From: Candidatus Omnitrophota bacterium | GTDB taxonomy: Bacteria; Omnitrophota; Gorgyraeia; Tantalellales; Tantalellaceae | DNA length: 64,000 nt | Assembly (NCBI GenBank): GCA_043813915.1 | Contig: JBDRKO010000026.1 | Coordinates: 66,236-130,235, forward strand | Direction: 5' to 3' | Shown here: positions 48,980 to 57,672 of the stretch, piece by piece | How positions within the stretch are numbered: the first letter of the stretch is position 1 | How the letters are laid out: the number at the start of each line of letters is the position of its first letter | Notes under the pieces: generated by a model | What the model was told of the DNA's origin: nothing | Seen by the model: the letters and a program-made list of their open reading frames with translations, nothing else | The model's database searches: none | Position numbers and translations under genes: made by a program

Positions 48980-50035
48980 ATGTACAGGATAGCTGTTCTG
49001 CCGGGAGACGGTACCGGACCCGAAGTGGTGAACGAGGGATTGAAAGTTCTTCATGCGGCCACTGAGAAATGCGGCATAAAATACGAGAAGATACCTTATG
49101 ATCTCGGCGGAGAAAGATATATGCGGACCGGGGAGATATTGCCGGATAGCGTGCTCGAAGAACTGAGAACAGTGGATTCGATATTTCTCGGAGCTGTAGG
49201 CCATCCTGATGTGAAACCGGGTATCTTGGAAAAAGGATTGCTCCTGAAGTTGAGGTTTTCGCTAGAGCAGTATATAAACCTGCGTCCGGTGAAACTATAT
49301 CCGGGGGTATGGACACCTATAAAAGATAAAGGTCCCGAGGACATAGATTTTGTCTTTGTCCGAGAGAACAACGAAGGATTGTATGTCGGGGAGGGCGAAT
49401 TCATAAAAAAGAACACTCCCGAAGAGGTAGCGGTGCAGATATCGAGAAATACGCGAAAAGGGATCGATAAATGCCTGAAGTACGCGTTCGAGTATACAAG
49501 AAAGAGAAATAAGAGAAAACAATTGACCTTAGTGGGTAAGACGAATGTGCTTACTTACGCGTTCGATCTTTGGGAAAGGGCATTCAATGAAATGGGAGAG
49601 AAGGAGTATCCGGATATAAAACGAGACTATGCTCATGTTGATGCTACGTGTATGTGGATGATCAAAAATCCCGAATGGTTCGATGTGCTTGTTACCGACA
49701 ATATGTTCGGGGACATAGTCACGGATCTTGGAGCGATGATACAGGGGGGTATGGGAATAGCCGCGGGCGGGAACATTAACCCTAACGGCGTGTCGATGTT
49801 CGAACCTATCGGTGGATCGGCCCCTAAATATACGGGACAGAATGTCATTAATCCTCTAGCGGCGATATGCGCGGGGGGCATGATGATGGAAGTTCTGGGA
49901 GAGGCCAAGGCGGCGCAGATGATCGAAAAAGCGGTAATGAGCGTTACCACAAAACTGAAAAGCCTTTCTGCCGGGAAAATGGGGTATTCCACCTCGGAAG
50001 TAGGGGATCTGGTGGTGAAAGAGATCTTGAAATAA
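48980..50035 (+). CDS. leuB: 3-isopropylmalate dehydrogenase (or related homoisocitrate/isocitrate-type beta-decarboxylating dehydrogenase)
   Basis: IAVLPGDGTGPEV N-terminus, NMFGDIVTD (NLFGDILSD-like) motif. Confidence 0.75.
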   Translation: MYRIAVLPGDGTGPEVVNEGLKVLHAATEKCGIKYEKIPYDLGGERYMRTGEILPDSVLEELRTVDSIFLGAVGHPDVKPGILEKGLLLKLRFSLEQYINLRPVKLYPGVWTPIKDKGPEDIDFVFVRENNEGLYVGEGEFIKKNTPEEVAVQISRNTRKGIDKCLKYAFEYTRKRNKRKQLTLVGKTNVLTYAFDLWERAFNEMGEKEYPDIKRDYAHVDATCMWMIKNPEWFDVLVTDNMFGDIVTDLGAMIQGGMGIAAGGNINPNGVSMFEPIGGSAPKYTGQNVINPLAAICAGGMMMEVLGEAKAAQMIEKAVMSVTTKLKSLSAGKMGYSTSEVGDLVVKEILK

Positions 50036-50039
50036 ACCA

Positions 50040-50075
50040 AAGAGTAGGGGCACGGCATGCCGTGCCCCTACATTA
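50040..50075. repeat. palindromic element GTAGGGGCACGGCATGCCGTGCCCCTAC (family H), terminator-like, after leuB
   Basis: Perfect 14-bp inverted repeat; further copies at 55358-55395 (after argC), 52055-52085 (after truA, 1 mismatch), half-site 26738-26755. Confidence 0.7.
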
Positions 50076-50135
50076 TGATGCTATGCGCCATGTGCTATTT
50101 TAAATGAAGGTTAGCTTAAAACAATAGGTGAAAAT

Positions 50136-51182
50136 ATGCTGAAGAATAAAGAAAAATATAATGTGGCCGTAATGGGAGCGACCGGAGCTGTCGGTGCGCA
50201 ATTCCTTGAGATACTTGCGGAAAGAGATTTTCCGATAGGTGAGTTGCGTCTTTTGGCCAGTAAAAGATCGGAGGGGAAAAAGCTTTCTTTTAAAGGTAAG
50301 GACATCGCGGTCCGGGTGTTAGGGCTGGGGTCTTTTGAGGGGATAGATATCGTCCTGGCTTCTGCCGGAGCGTCCAGAAGTAAAGAATTCCTTCCGTATG
50401 CCGTAAAAGCCGGAGCGGTCTGTGTGGATAATTCCAGCGCTTTTCGTATGGACGAGGATGTGCCGCTTGTAGTTCCGGAAGTGAACCCTCATGCCGCGAA
50501 AGGACATAAGGGTATAATAGCTAATCCTAACTGTTCCACGATACAGATGGTGCTTCCTCTCAAGGCGATAGAAAAGAAGGCCGGTCTGAAAAGAATAGTG
50601 GTAACTACCTTTCAGTCGGTATCGGGAGCAGGGCAAAGCAATATCCTGGAAATGGAATCCCAGGTCGTCGCGCTGAGCAAAAAAGAAGCTCATCATAAAA
50701 TAGGAAGGCATATTGTCGAAGATAAAATGATATCGGAGTTTGCTCATCAGATAGCGTATAATGTGATACCTCATATAGATGTTTTCGAAGAGGACCTTTA
50801 CACAAAAGAGGAAACAAAAATGATCAAGGAGACCCGCAAGATAATGGAACTGCCCGGACTTGCGGTGACCGCGACCTGCGTGAGAGTGCCGGTGTATTAC
50901 GCGCATTCTGAAAGCGTCAATGTGGAGACCGAAAGAAAGATCACCGCGAAAGAGGCCGTAAAGCTTATGAAAGGATTCCCGGGAATAACCGTAGTGGACG
51001 ATCCGTTCAATAACAAGTATCCCATGCCTATAGACGTGGAAGGGAAAGACGACGTTTTTGTGGGCAGAATAAGAGAAGACGGTTCCATAGAGAACGGGTT
51101 GAACCTCTGGGTAGTCGCCGATAATCTGAGGAAAGGCGCCGCGCTCAATGCCGTACAGATCGCGGAACTTCTTATTTCGTAA
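50136..51182 (+). CDS. asd: aspartate-semialdehyde dehydrogenase
   Basis: VAVMGATGAVG N-terminus, active-site NPNCSTI (Cys). Confidence 0.85.
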   Translation: MLKNKEKYNVAVMGATGAVGAQFLEILAERDFPIGELRLLASKRSEGKKLSFKGKDIAVRVLGLGSFEGIDIVLASAGASRSKEFLPYAVKAGAVCVDNSSAFRMDEDVPLVVPEVNPHAAKGHKGIIANPNCSTIQMVLPLKAIEKKAGLKRIVVTTFQSVSGAGQSNILEMESQVVALSKKEAHHKIGRHIVEDKMISEFAHQIAYNVIPHIDVFEEDLYTKEETKMIKETRKIMELPGLAVTATCVRVPVYYAHSESVNVETERKITAKEAVKLMKGFPGITVVDDPFNNKYPMPIDVEGKDDVFVGRIREDGSIENGLNLWVVADNLRKGAALNAVQIAELLIS

Positions 51183-51278
51183 ATAGGGGCAGACCTATGT
51201 GTCTGCCCTTTGTTCATAAACATCAATAAAAGCAGGGCGGACACACAGGTCCGCCCCTACATTTTTACTCTCATTCCA

Positions 51279-52013
51279 ATGCGGAATATCAAACTTACCA
51301 TAGCCTACGACGGCACCGATTACAAAGGCTGGCAAAAACAAAAGAACGGTCCTTCCGTACAGCAGGAAATAGAAAAAGCGCTAAAAGCGCTTTTTAAAAA
51401 AACATTCAAGGTGCAGGGCGCGAGCCGAACCGATTCCGGTGTCCATGCCAAAGGGCAGGCAGCGCATTTCGTTATAAACCAGGACATCCCGGTCCGTAAT
51501 ATCCCTCATGCGCTCAACCGAATGCTGCCGCAAGACATTGTTGTTGTCGCCGCGGAAGAAGAAAGCGGTGAGTTCCATTCCAGGTTCGACGCGAGATCGA
51601 AGATATACAGGTACCACATACTTAATTCCGATGTTCCGGACCCTTTCCAAGAGAAATATTCATGGCGTATACCTTATAGATTGAACATCAGCCTGATGCA
51701 GAAAGAAGCCAAGGGTTTTGAAGGACGGCATGATTTCAGGTCTTTCCAAGCGTCGGACAAGAAAGAAAGAACATCGGTGAGAAACATATTTTATGTAGAA
51801 ATAAGAAAAAAGGGTCCATCTGTTATCATAGAGATAGAAGGGGACGGTTTTCTTTACAATATGGTGCGCAATATCGTCGGTACGCTGGTGGATGTAGGAA
51901 GAGGATATTTGCCCGCCGGCAGTATTAAAAAGATACTGGCGAAAAAAGACAGGACTTCCGCGGGGCCTACCGCTCCTGCCAAAGGATTATTTTTGATGGA
52001 AGTGAAGTACTGA
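51279..52013 (+). CDS. truA: tRNA pseudouridine(38-40) synthase
   Basis: IAYDGTDYKGWQKQ N-terminal motif, catalytic RTDSGVHA; start placed after two hairpins following asd. Confidence 0.8.
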   Translation: MRNIKLTIAYDGTDYKGWQKQKNGPSVQQEIEKALKALFKKTFKVQGASRTDSGVHAKGQAAHFVINQDIPVRNIPHALNRMLPQDIVVVAAEEESGEFHSRFDARSKIYRYHILNSDVPDPFQEKYSWRIPYRLNISLMQKEAKGFEGRHDFRSFQASDKKERTSVRNIFYVEIRKKGPSVIIEIEGDGFLYNMVRNIVGTLVDVGRGYLPAGSIKKILAKKDRTSAGPTAPAKGLFLMEVKY

Positions 52014-52578
52014 GACCTAGGAGCAGAAGACAGAAGTCAGACGTCAGAGTGTAGGGGCACGGCATGACGTGCCCTATATGGTTTACGAATCACCCCCGCA
52101 GATTTCTTCGAAATCTAAGCGCGGGGGCAGGCGAAGGACGAGAAAAAAGTGTTAAGTGTTAAGTTTTAAGTGTTATGTGCGGTGTATAATGGCAAAGCGC
52201 ATAGGGTTAAGAAGTCAGAAGGAAGAAGCGTACCGGACTATAGACTATTGACCATAGACTATAGACCAAGAGCTTATAAGTCAATCGTCAATGGTCTGTT
52301 CGGGCTGTTCCCGAGTCACGAAGCACTAATTACTGGTCGAAGAATGTCCCCAGAATAAGGCGCATAGCATTAAGAAAGACGAAGGAAGAAGGACGCGGGA
52401 CGAAGGACGAGATTGCCGCGTCGCTTCGCTCCTCGCAATGACGGAGTAGTCACGAATCACGAATTACTGGACGAAGAATGTCCCCAGAATATATTTTTAT
52501 TTCTGTTCACGTTAAAGAAAGTCCAAGCCTAGAATGATCTCCCGTTAAAGATATCAGCAACTACAGTTATTAATGCAA

Positions 52579-52607
52579 AGACCGGAACTATTTTCGGTCT
52601 TTTTTTT
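52579..52607 (+). terminator. rho-independent terminator (agaccggaa...ttcggtct followed by T8)
   Basis: Short GC stem followed by tttttttt run, just upstream of the AbrB-like gene promoter. Confidence 0.5.
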
Positions 52608-52616
52608 GTTTTTTAA

Positions 52617-52660
52617 TTGACAAGTATTAATACTTGTTATATACTTGTTGCATACTTGTT
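52617..52660 (+). promoter_or_regulatory. promoter (TTGACA-17-TATACT) with three direct ATACTTGTT repeats phased at 11 bp overlapping the -10 region
   Basis: TTGACA 52617-52622, TATACT 52640-52645; ATACTTGTT at 52630, 52641, 52652 (one helical turn apart), immediately upstream of the AbrB-like gene. Confidence 0.5.
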
Positions 52661-52690
52661 ATATCCGATGAACGAATAAGGAGAGAAAGC

Positions 52691-52870
52691 GTGAGAGGGA
52701 AGTTCCGGTTAAAATTCTTAGCAACTGTTTCCAATCGGGGGCAGATCTTCATACCCAAGGTTCTTCAGGGATATTTCGGGATAAGAAAGAGGGACAAAGT
52801 TACTTTTGTCCTGCAGAATGACGGTAATGTTGTTTTCAGGAAAACGACCGAAGGAGAGAAAAATGGGTAA
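52691..52870 (+). CDS. AbrB/MazE/SpoVT-type swapped-hairpin DNA-binding protein (antitoxin-like)
   Basis: GTG start with aaggagag SD; RGQIFIPKVLQGYFGIRKRDKVTF matches the looped-hinge-helix AbrB/SpoVT consensus. Confidence 0.5.
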   Translation: MRGKFRLKFLATVSNRGQIFIPKVLQGYFGIRKRDKVTFVLQNDGNVVFRKTTEGEKNG

Positions 52871-53039
52871 AAAGCAGTACAAGCACAGCGTGACCATTAA
52901 CGACAAACGGAGAGACAGGAAACGGAACAATGATCGTATGAGCAAAGAGTCCTGCGACCAGTCACTGCAGGTAGTTTTTAATACCCTATATAAGGATCAG
53001 GTAAGAGCTCTTTATAGAGCAATATCAAAAGGGAATTGA
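52863..53039 (+). CDS. small basic protein (58 aa) of unknown function, 8-nt overlap with upstream AbrB-like gene
   Basis: ATGGGTAA overlap with the AbrB-like stop (translational coupling); Lys/Arg-rich N-terminal half; no recognisable family. Confidence 0.3.
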   Translation: MGKKQYKHSVTINDKRRDRKRNNDRMSKESCDQSLQVVFNTLYKDQVRALYRAISKGN

Positions 53040-53154
53040 TAGCCTTCGATCCGGACCGGTCTAGACCATATCGCCGGGGGATAAAACGCGTAGCCGGCTG
53101 TTCCCGCGCGGTTTGCGTTGATCCGCATAAGAGCCAAGCCGCTTCTGATAGTTC

Positions 53155-53183
53155 TTGACAAACCTACCTAAATATGCTAATTT
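53155..53183 (+). promoter_or_regulatory. candidate promoter of rplM-rpsI (TTGACA-17-TAATTT)
   Basis: TTGACA at 53155-53160, 17-nt spacer, TAATTT at 53178-53183, about 75 nt upstream of rplM. Confidence 0.4.
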
Positions 53184-53258
53184 TACACTTCAGTTTTTAT
53201 ATCACCCTGAACAAGGGTGTTGATACGTGTCGAAAAAAGGGATGAGAAGAGGAAGAGC

Positions 53259-53690
53259 ATGAATAAGACCATAATGGCAAAGTCTTCGGAAACGGATCGC
53301 AGTTGGTATATTATCGACGTGGAAGGAAAGATATTGGGCCGGGCGGCTACTAAAATAGCTAAACTGCTTAGCGGAAAAACACGTCCGGATTATACGCCGA
53401 ATGTCGATACGGGGGCCGGAGTGATCGTTCTGAACTGCGGAGAGGTAAAGGTTACGGGCGCGAAAACGGAACAAAAAATGTATAAAAGTTTTTCGGGTTA
53501 TCCCGGCGGGCAGAAGGAAATAGTTTACAGTAAGATGAAAGAAAAGAACCCGAGACATATAATGAGGCATGCTGTAAAGGGGATGCTTCCCAAGAATAAA
53601 CTGGGGGCTTTGATGATAAAGAGGCTTAAACTGTATGTGGGTAAGGAACATCCTCATACAGCACAAAAGCCCGTTGAAATAAAATTGTAA
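53259..53690 (+). CDS. rplM: 50S ribosomal protein L13
   Basis: [17 protein letters not shown]...YTPNVDTG matches L13 N-terminus; gaggaag SD. Confidence 0.9.
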   Translation: MNKTIMAKSSETDRSWYIIDVEGKILGRAATKIAKLLSGKTRPDYTPNVDTGAGVIVLNCGEVKVTGAKTEQKMYKSFSGYPGGQKEIVYSKMKEKNPRHIMRHAVKGMLPKNKLGALMIKRLKLYVGKEHPHTAQKPVEIKL

Positions 53691-53709
53691 AAAGGACAAA
53701 GGCATAAAA

Positions 53710-54105
53710 ATGGGAAAAATAGTTGAATATGTGACAGTAGGAAGAAGGAAAGAATCCGTTGCAAGGGTAAGGTTGCGGCCGGGAACGGGTAAATTCAAAC
53801 TTAACAAAAGGGAATTCGAGGATTATTTTCCAAGGGAAACCCATAGGATCATGGTTATGAAACCCATTGATATATCAGGGGTGGTCGGAAAATTCGATGT
53901 CATAGCTACGCTTTCCGGAGGCGGGTCGACCGGACAGGCGGGGGCGTTGAGGCATGGGATCACCAGGGCTCTTGTTAAAGTTGATGAAAGTCTGAAAATG
54001 GCTTTAAAGAAAGCCGGTCTGTTGACCAGAGATCCCAGAGCAAAGGAAAGAAAAAAGTACGGTCAGAAGCGTGCGCGTAAAAAATTCCAGTTCTCAAAAC
54101 GTTAA
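53710..54105 (+). CDS. rpsI: 30S ribosomal protein S9
   Basis: [10 protein letters not shown]..., C-terminal basic tail ...RKKFQFSKR typical of S9. Confidence 0.9.
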   Translation: MGKIVEYVTVGRRKESVARVRLRPGTGKFKLNKREFEDYFPRETHRIMVMKPIDISGVVGKFDVIATLSGGGSTGQAGALRHGITRALVKVDESLKMALKKAGLLTRDPRAKERKKYGQKRARKKFQFSKR

Positions 54106-54127
54106 ATATATACACCATGTTACAAGG

Positions 54128-54158
54128 AAGGCCACGCTGATGCGTGGCCTTTTTTTTT
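54128..54158 (+). terminator. rho-independent terminator after rpsI
   Basis: ggccacgctgatgcgtggcc hairpin followed by T9 run. Confidence 0.7.
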
Positions 54159-54233
54159 GCCCTGCTTCGCTCATGATACTTTCGTTCATGAGCTTCGCAG
54201 AGGCTTTAGCAGGGTAAAGAAGGGTCTTTTCGA

Positions 54234-54262
54234 TTGACATGATAGTGGGTTTAATTTATACT
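54234..54262 (+). promoter_or_regulatory. candidate promoter of the arg operon (TTGACA-17-TATACT)
   Basis: TTGACA 54234-54239, 17-nt spacer, TATACT 54257-54262, about 80 nt upstream of argC; preceded by a nested hairpin (ccctgc...ctcatga...tcatgag...gcaggg) at about 54163-54215. Confidence 0.45.
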
Positions 54263-54344
54263 TAGCTTTCATAATAATATTATACACGGCTTACGAAAAT
54301 TAAATAAACGCTAAAAGTCCTATTAGATACGCATAGGGGGATAT

Positions 54345-55358
54345 ATGGTTAAAGCAGGGATAATCGGTGTGACCAGTTATACAGGGGAGGAGCTGATAAA
54401 AGTGCTTTTAAGGCATCCCGAAGCGGAAATAACCGCGCTTTCGGCACGGATAGAAGAAGAGACCGCCATAACGAAACTATATCCGCAGTTCAGCGGATTG
54501 ACGGAATTGTCATACAAGACGATGGACGTTGACGAGATCTCGGGGAAATGCGACGTAATATTCCTCGCGCTTCCTCATACGGTTTCCATGGGTGTTGCTC
54601 CGGAATTCCTGAAAAAGGGAAAAAGGGTAATAGATCTAAGCTCGGATTATAGGTTGCCCGGCGATGTGTATGAAAAGTGGTATGGGACGGAACAGACCGA
54701 TACGGATAATCTGGGTAAGGGCGTTTACGGCCTTCCGGAGATCAACAGGGACAGTATAAAAAAAGCGCTCCTGATCGCTAATCCCGGGTGTTATCCGACA
54801 AGTGTCATATTGGCCCTTTTACCCGTTATAAAAAATGCGGCCGGTAAAAAAGCCAAGATCATAGCGGATTCGAAGAGCGGAGTTACCGGGGCCGGCCGGA
54901 AAGCACTTTTATCTCTTACTTTTGGCGAGGTTGACGGAAATTTTAAATGTTATAAACCGAACGCGCATCAGCATATGCCTGAGATAGACCACATCTTGTC
55001 GGCGGTCGCGGAAAATAAGGTCGAAATAAATTTTGTTCCGCATCTCCTGCCCATAAGGAGGGGTATACTTTCGACGGTATACGTGCCTAGCGACGGACTG
55101 GGCTCTGAAAAGGATATATTCGATATATATTCGCGATATTTCAAAGACGAACCGTTCGTAAGGATAAAACCACTTGGGGAGATGCCGGAGATAAAAGACG
55201 TGGCGGGGACGAACTTTTGCGATATCGGTATACGGGAAGCCAGGGGGACATTGATAATAGTTTCCGCGATAGATAATCTGTTAAAGGGCGCAAGCGGACA
55301 GGCGGTACAAAATATGAATATCATGTACGGTATTGATGAACGCGCGGGATTGAAATAA
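54345..55358 (+). CDS. argC: N-acetyl-gamma-glutamyl-phosphate reductase
   Basis: VKAGIIGVTSYTGEEL N-terminus, active-site ANPGCYPTS. Confidence 0.85.
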   Translation: MVKAGIIGVTSYTGEELIKVLLRHPEAEITALSARIEEETAITKLYPQFSGLTELSYKTMDVDEISGKCDVIFLALPHTVSMGVAPEFLKKGKRVIDLSSDYRLPGDVYEKWYGTEQTDTDNLGKGVYGLPEINRDSIKKALLIANPGCYPTSVILALLPVIKNAAGKKAKIIADSKSGVTGAGRKALLSLTFGEVDGNFKCYKPNAHQHMPEIDHILSAVAENKVEINFVPHLLPIRRGILSTVYVPSDGLGSEKDIFDIYSRYFKDEPFVRIKPLGEMPEIKDVAGTNFCDIGIREARGTLIIVSAIDNLLKGASGQAVQNMNIMYGIDERAGLK

Positions 55359-55413
55359 AAGAGTAGGGGCACGGCATGCCGTGCCCCTACATCAACATAC
55401 GCAGAGGAAATAT

Positions 55414-56604
55414 ATGGAAAATTTTAAACTTCCGGAAGGTTTCTTGGCTAACGGGATACATTGCGGGTCCAAGAAAAAGAGGAAGGACCTTGCTCTGATA
55501 TTCTCGGAAAGACCGTGCGCTATAACGGCCATTTTTACCAGGAATATCGTTAAAGCGGCGCCTGTACTATTGGCCCAAAGGCAGCTGAAGAGGGCCGGTC
55601 ATATACGCGGGGTGCTGATCAATTCGGGCAACGCGAACTGCATGACCGGGAAACGCGGGATAGAGGATGCCGAGAAAATGGCGTACGGAATGGCGGAGGT
55701 GCTGGGTGTAGGAAAAAATGAGATACTTGTTTCTTCCACAGGCATAATCGGAGAGTTCATAGATCTTAGGCCAATTAAAAAAGGGATGAAGGAGATAGCT
55801 AGAGGCCTATCGGCGGATGGAATACTGGATGCCGCGGACGGGATCATGACAACGGACAGGTTCCGGAAAATATCGCAGCGTACTTTTATGGCGGGAGGCA
55901 AAAAAATACACATGGCAGGTATAGCCAAGGGCGCAGGAATGATCAAGCCCAATATGGCTACTATGTTATGCTACATAATGACGGACGCGGATATTTCGCA
56001 GAAAGCTATGAAGGCGGCTCTTGCCGAAAGCGCGGACAGGTCTTTTAACGCTGTTTCGGTGGACGGGGATATGAGCACTAATGATACGGTCATGCTTTTG
56101 GCGAACGGGGCTTCGGGCAACAGGACCATAAAATACAAGGGTAAGGATTTTGATGTTTTTAAAAAGAACCTGTGTATGTTATCGGACGATCTGGCGAAAA
56201 TGATAGTTTTGGACGGCGAAGGAGCTCAAAAATTCATAGAGGTCCATGTAAAGAGGACAAGGACCAAGAAAGAAGCTAAAAAAGCGGCGGAAGCTATAGC
56301 AAGTTCTTTGCTGGTGAAATGTGCTGTGCTGGGAGGGGATCCGAATTGGGGAAGGATAGCTTCATCGGCGGGCGCAAGCGGGGTGAAATTCGACCCGGAA
56401 AAGATAGAAATAAGTCTTGACGGAGTGACGTTCTTCAAGAACGGAAAGACCCTTAAAGAGGTGGACCGAAAAAACTCGGCGGTCTTTAAAGGCAAAGATG
56501 TCAAGATAGAGGTCGTTCTTAATACGGGAAAAGAGGAAGCTAAATTCTTTTCCTGCGACATATCGAAGAAATATATAACGCTTAACTCGTATTACACGAC
56601 GTAG
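55414..56604 (+). CDS. argJ: bifunctional ornithine acetyltransferase / N-acetylglutamate synthase
   Basis: Autoproteolytic ATML site (MATMLCYIMTD); start ATG 55414 with agaggaa SD downstream of palindromic terminator. Confidence 0.85.
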   Translation: MENFKLPEGFLANGIHCGSKKKRKDLALIFSERPCAITAIFTRNIVKAAPVLLAQRQLKRAGHIRGVLINSGNANCMTGKRGIEDAEKMAYGMAEVLGVGKNEILVSSTGIIGEFIDLRPIKKGMKEIARGLSADGILDAADGIMTTDRFRKISQRTFMAGGKKIHMAGIAKGAGMIKPNMATMLCYIMTDADISQKAMKAALAESADRSFNAVSVDGDMSTNDTVMLLANGASGNRTIKYKGKDFDVFKKNLCMLSDDLAKMIVLDGEGAQKFIEVHVKRTRTKKEAKKAAEAIASSLLVKCAVLGGDPNWGRIASSAGASGVKFDPEKIEISLDGVTFFKNGKTLKEVDRKNSAVFKGKDVKIEVVLNTGKEEAKFFSCDISKKYITLNSYYTT

Positions 56605-56702
56605 TGCTGTGTGCTGTGTGATGTGTGATGTGTAATGTGTAATGCGCGAAATGAAAGGAACATAAAACTTAACACATGACACATAAAACAAGCAGGTAAT
56701 TC

Positions 56703-57557
56703 ATGGAAGAAGCGATAAAAAAAAGCAAAGTGCTGATAGAAGCCCTACCGTATATAAAGAAATTTTACGGCAAAGTAGTTGTCGTGAAATACGGGGGAAG
56801 TTCTTTGCATGACAAAAAAGCGCGTGATATGGTGCTGCAGGATATGGTGTTCATGAGGTATGCCGGAATGAAGCCTGTTCTTGTACATGGCGGAGGGCCT
56901 AACATAAGCGAGAAACTAAGGGAATCCAATATAGAGACCAAATTCATCGACGGATTGAGGGTCACTTGCGAAAGGTCTATGGGCGTAGTAGATTCCGTTC
57001 TGATGGATGTGAACAGGTCCTTAGTGGAAGAGATAATAAGTTTCGGGGGAGAAGCTTTCGGATTAAGCGGTAAGGAGAACAACATGATACGGGCCGAGAA
57101 AAAAGAAGGTCCAGATCTGGGTTTTGTCGGCAGCGTAGCGGCGATAGATACTACGATATTAAAACGTCTTCTTGACACGAACATAATCCCGGTCATATGT
57201 CCCGTCGGGAAAGGGGAGGACAACAAACTTTACAATATAAACGCCGATGAAGCCGCGTCTAACTTGGCGATAGCCCTTGAAGCCGAAAAATTCGTTGTTC
57301 TTACCAATGTCCGCGGGGTAATGCGGGAGAAAAATAATCCCGAGTCCTTGTTCCATTCGTTGACAATGGAAACAGCCATGCATTTGATAGAGACAGGGGT
57401 CATTGACGGGGGTATGGTGCCTAAAGTGCGGTCCTGTCTGCATGCGTTGAAGGGAGGCGCGCGTAAGGCGCATATAGTCGAGGCGAATCTTTCCCATGCG
57501 CTGCTTTTGGAAATGTTCACCGATAAAGGGATAGGCACGGAAATAGTGCATGAATAA
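56703..57557 (+). CDS. argB: acetylglutamate kinase
   Basis: VVKYGGSS, VHGGGP motifs of the amino-acid kinase family. Confidence 0.85.
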   Translation: MEEAIKKSKVLIEALPYIKKFYGKVVVVKYGGSSLHDKKARDMVLQDMVFMRYAGMKPVLVHGGGPNISEKLRESNIETKFIDGLRVTCERSMGVVDSVLMDVNRSLVEEIISFGGEAFGLSGKENNMIRAEKKEGPDLGFVGSVAAIDTTILKRLLDTNIIPVICPVGKGEDNKLYNINADEAASNLAIALEAEKFVVLTNVRGVMREKNNPESLFHSLTMETAMHLIETGVIDGGMVPKVRSCLHALKGGARKAHIVEANLSHALLLEMFTDKGIGTEIVHE

Positions 57558-57672
57558 AACAGTTTAAAAAGTTAAAAGGTTTAAAGGTTTAAAAGTTAAA
57601 TATCTGGAGCGGATATTGCAGCGCAAAGAGCACAGCGCATAGAGCACAGGGAAGATAGTTCGAACGAACGGG

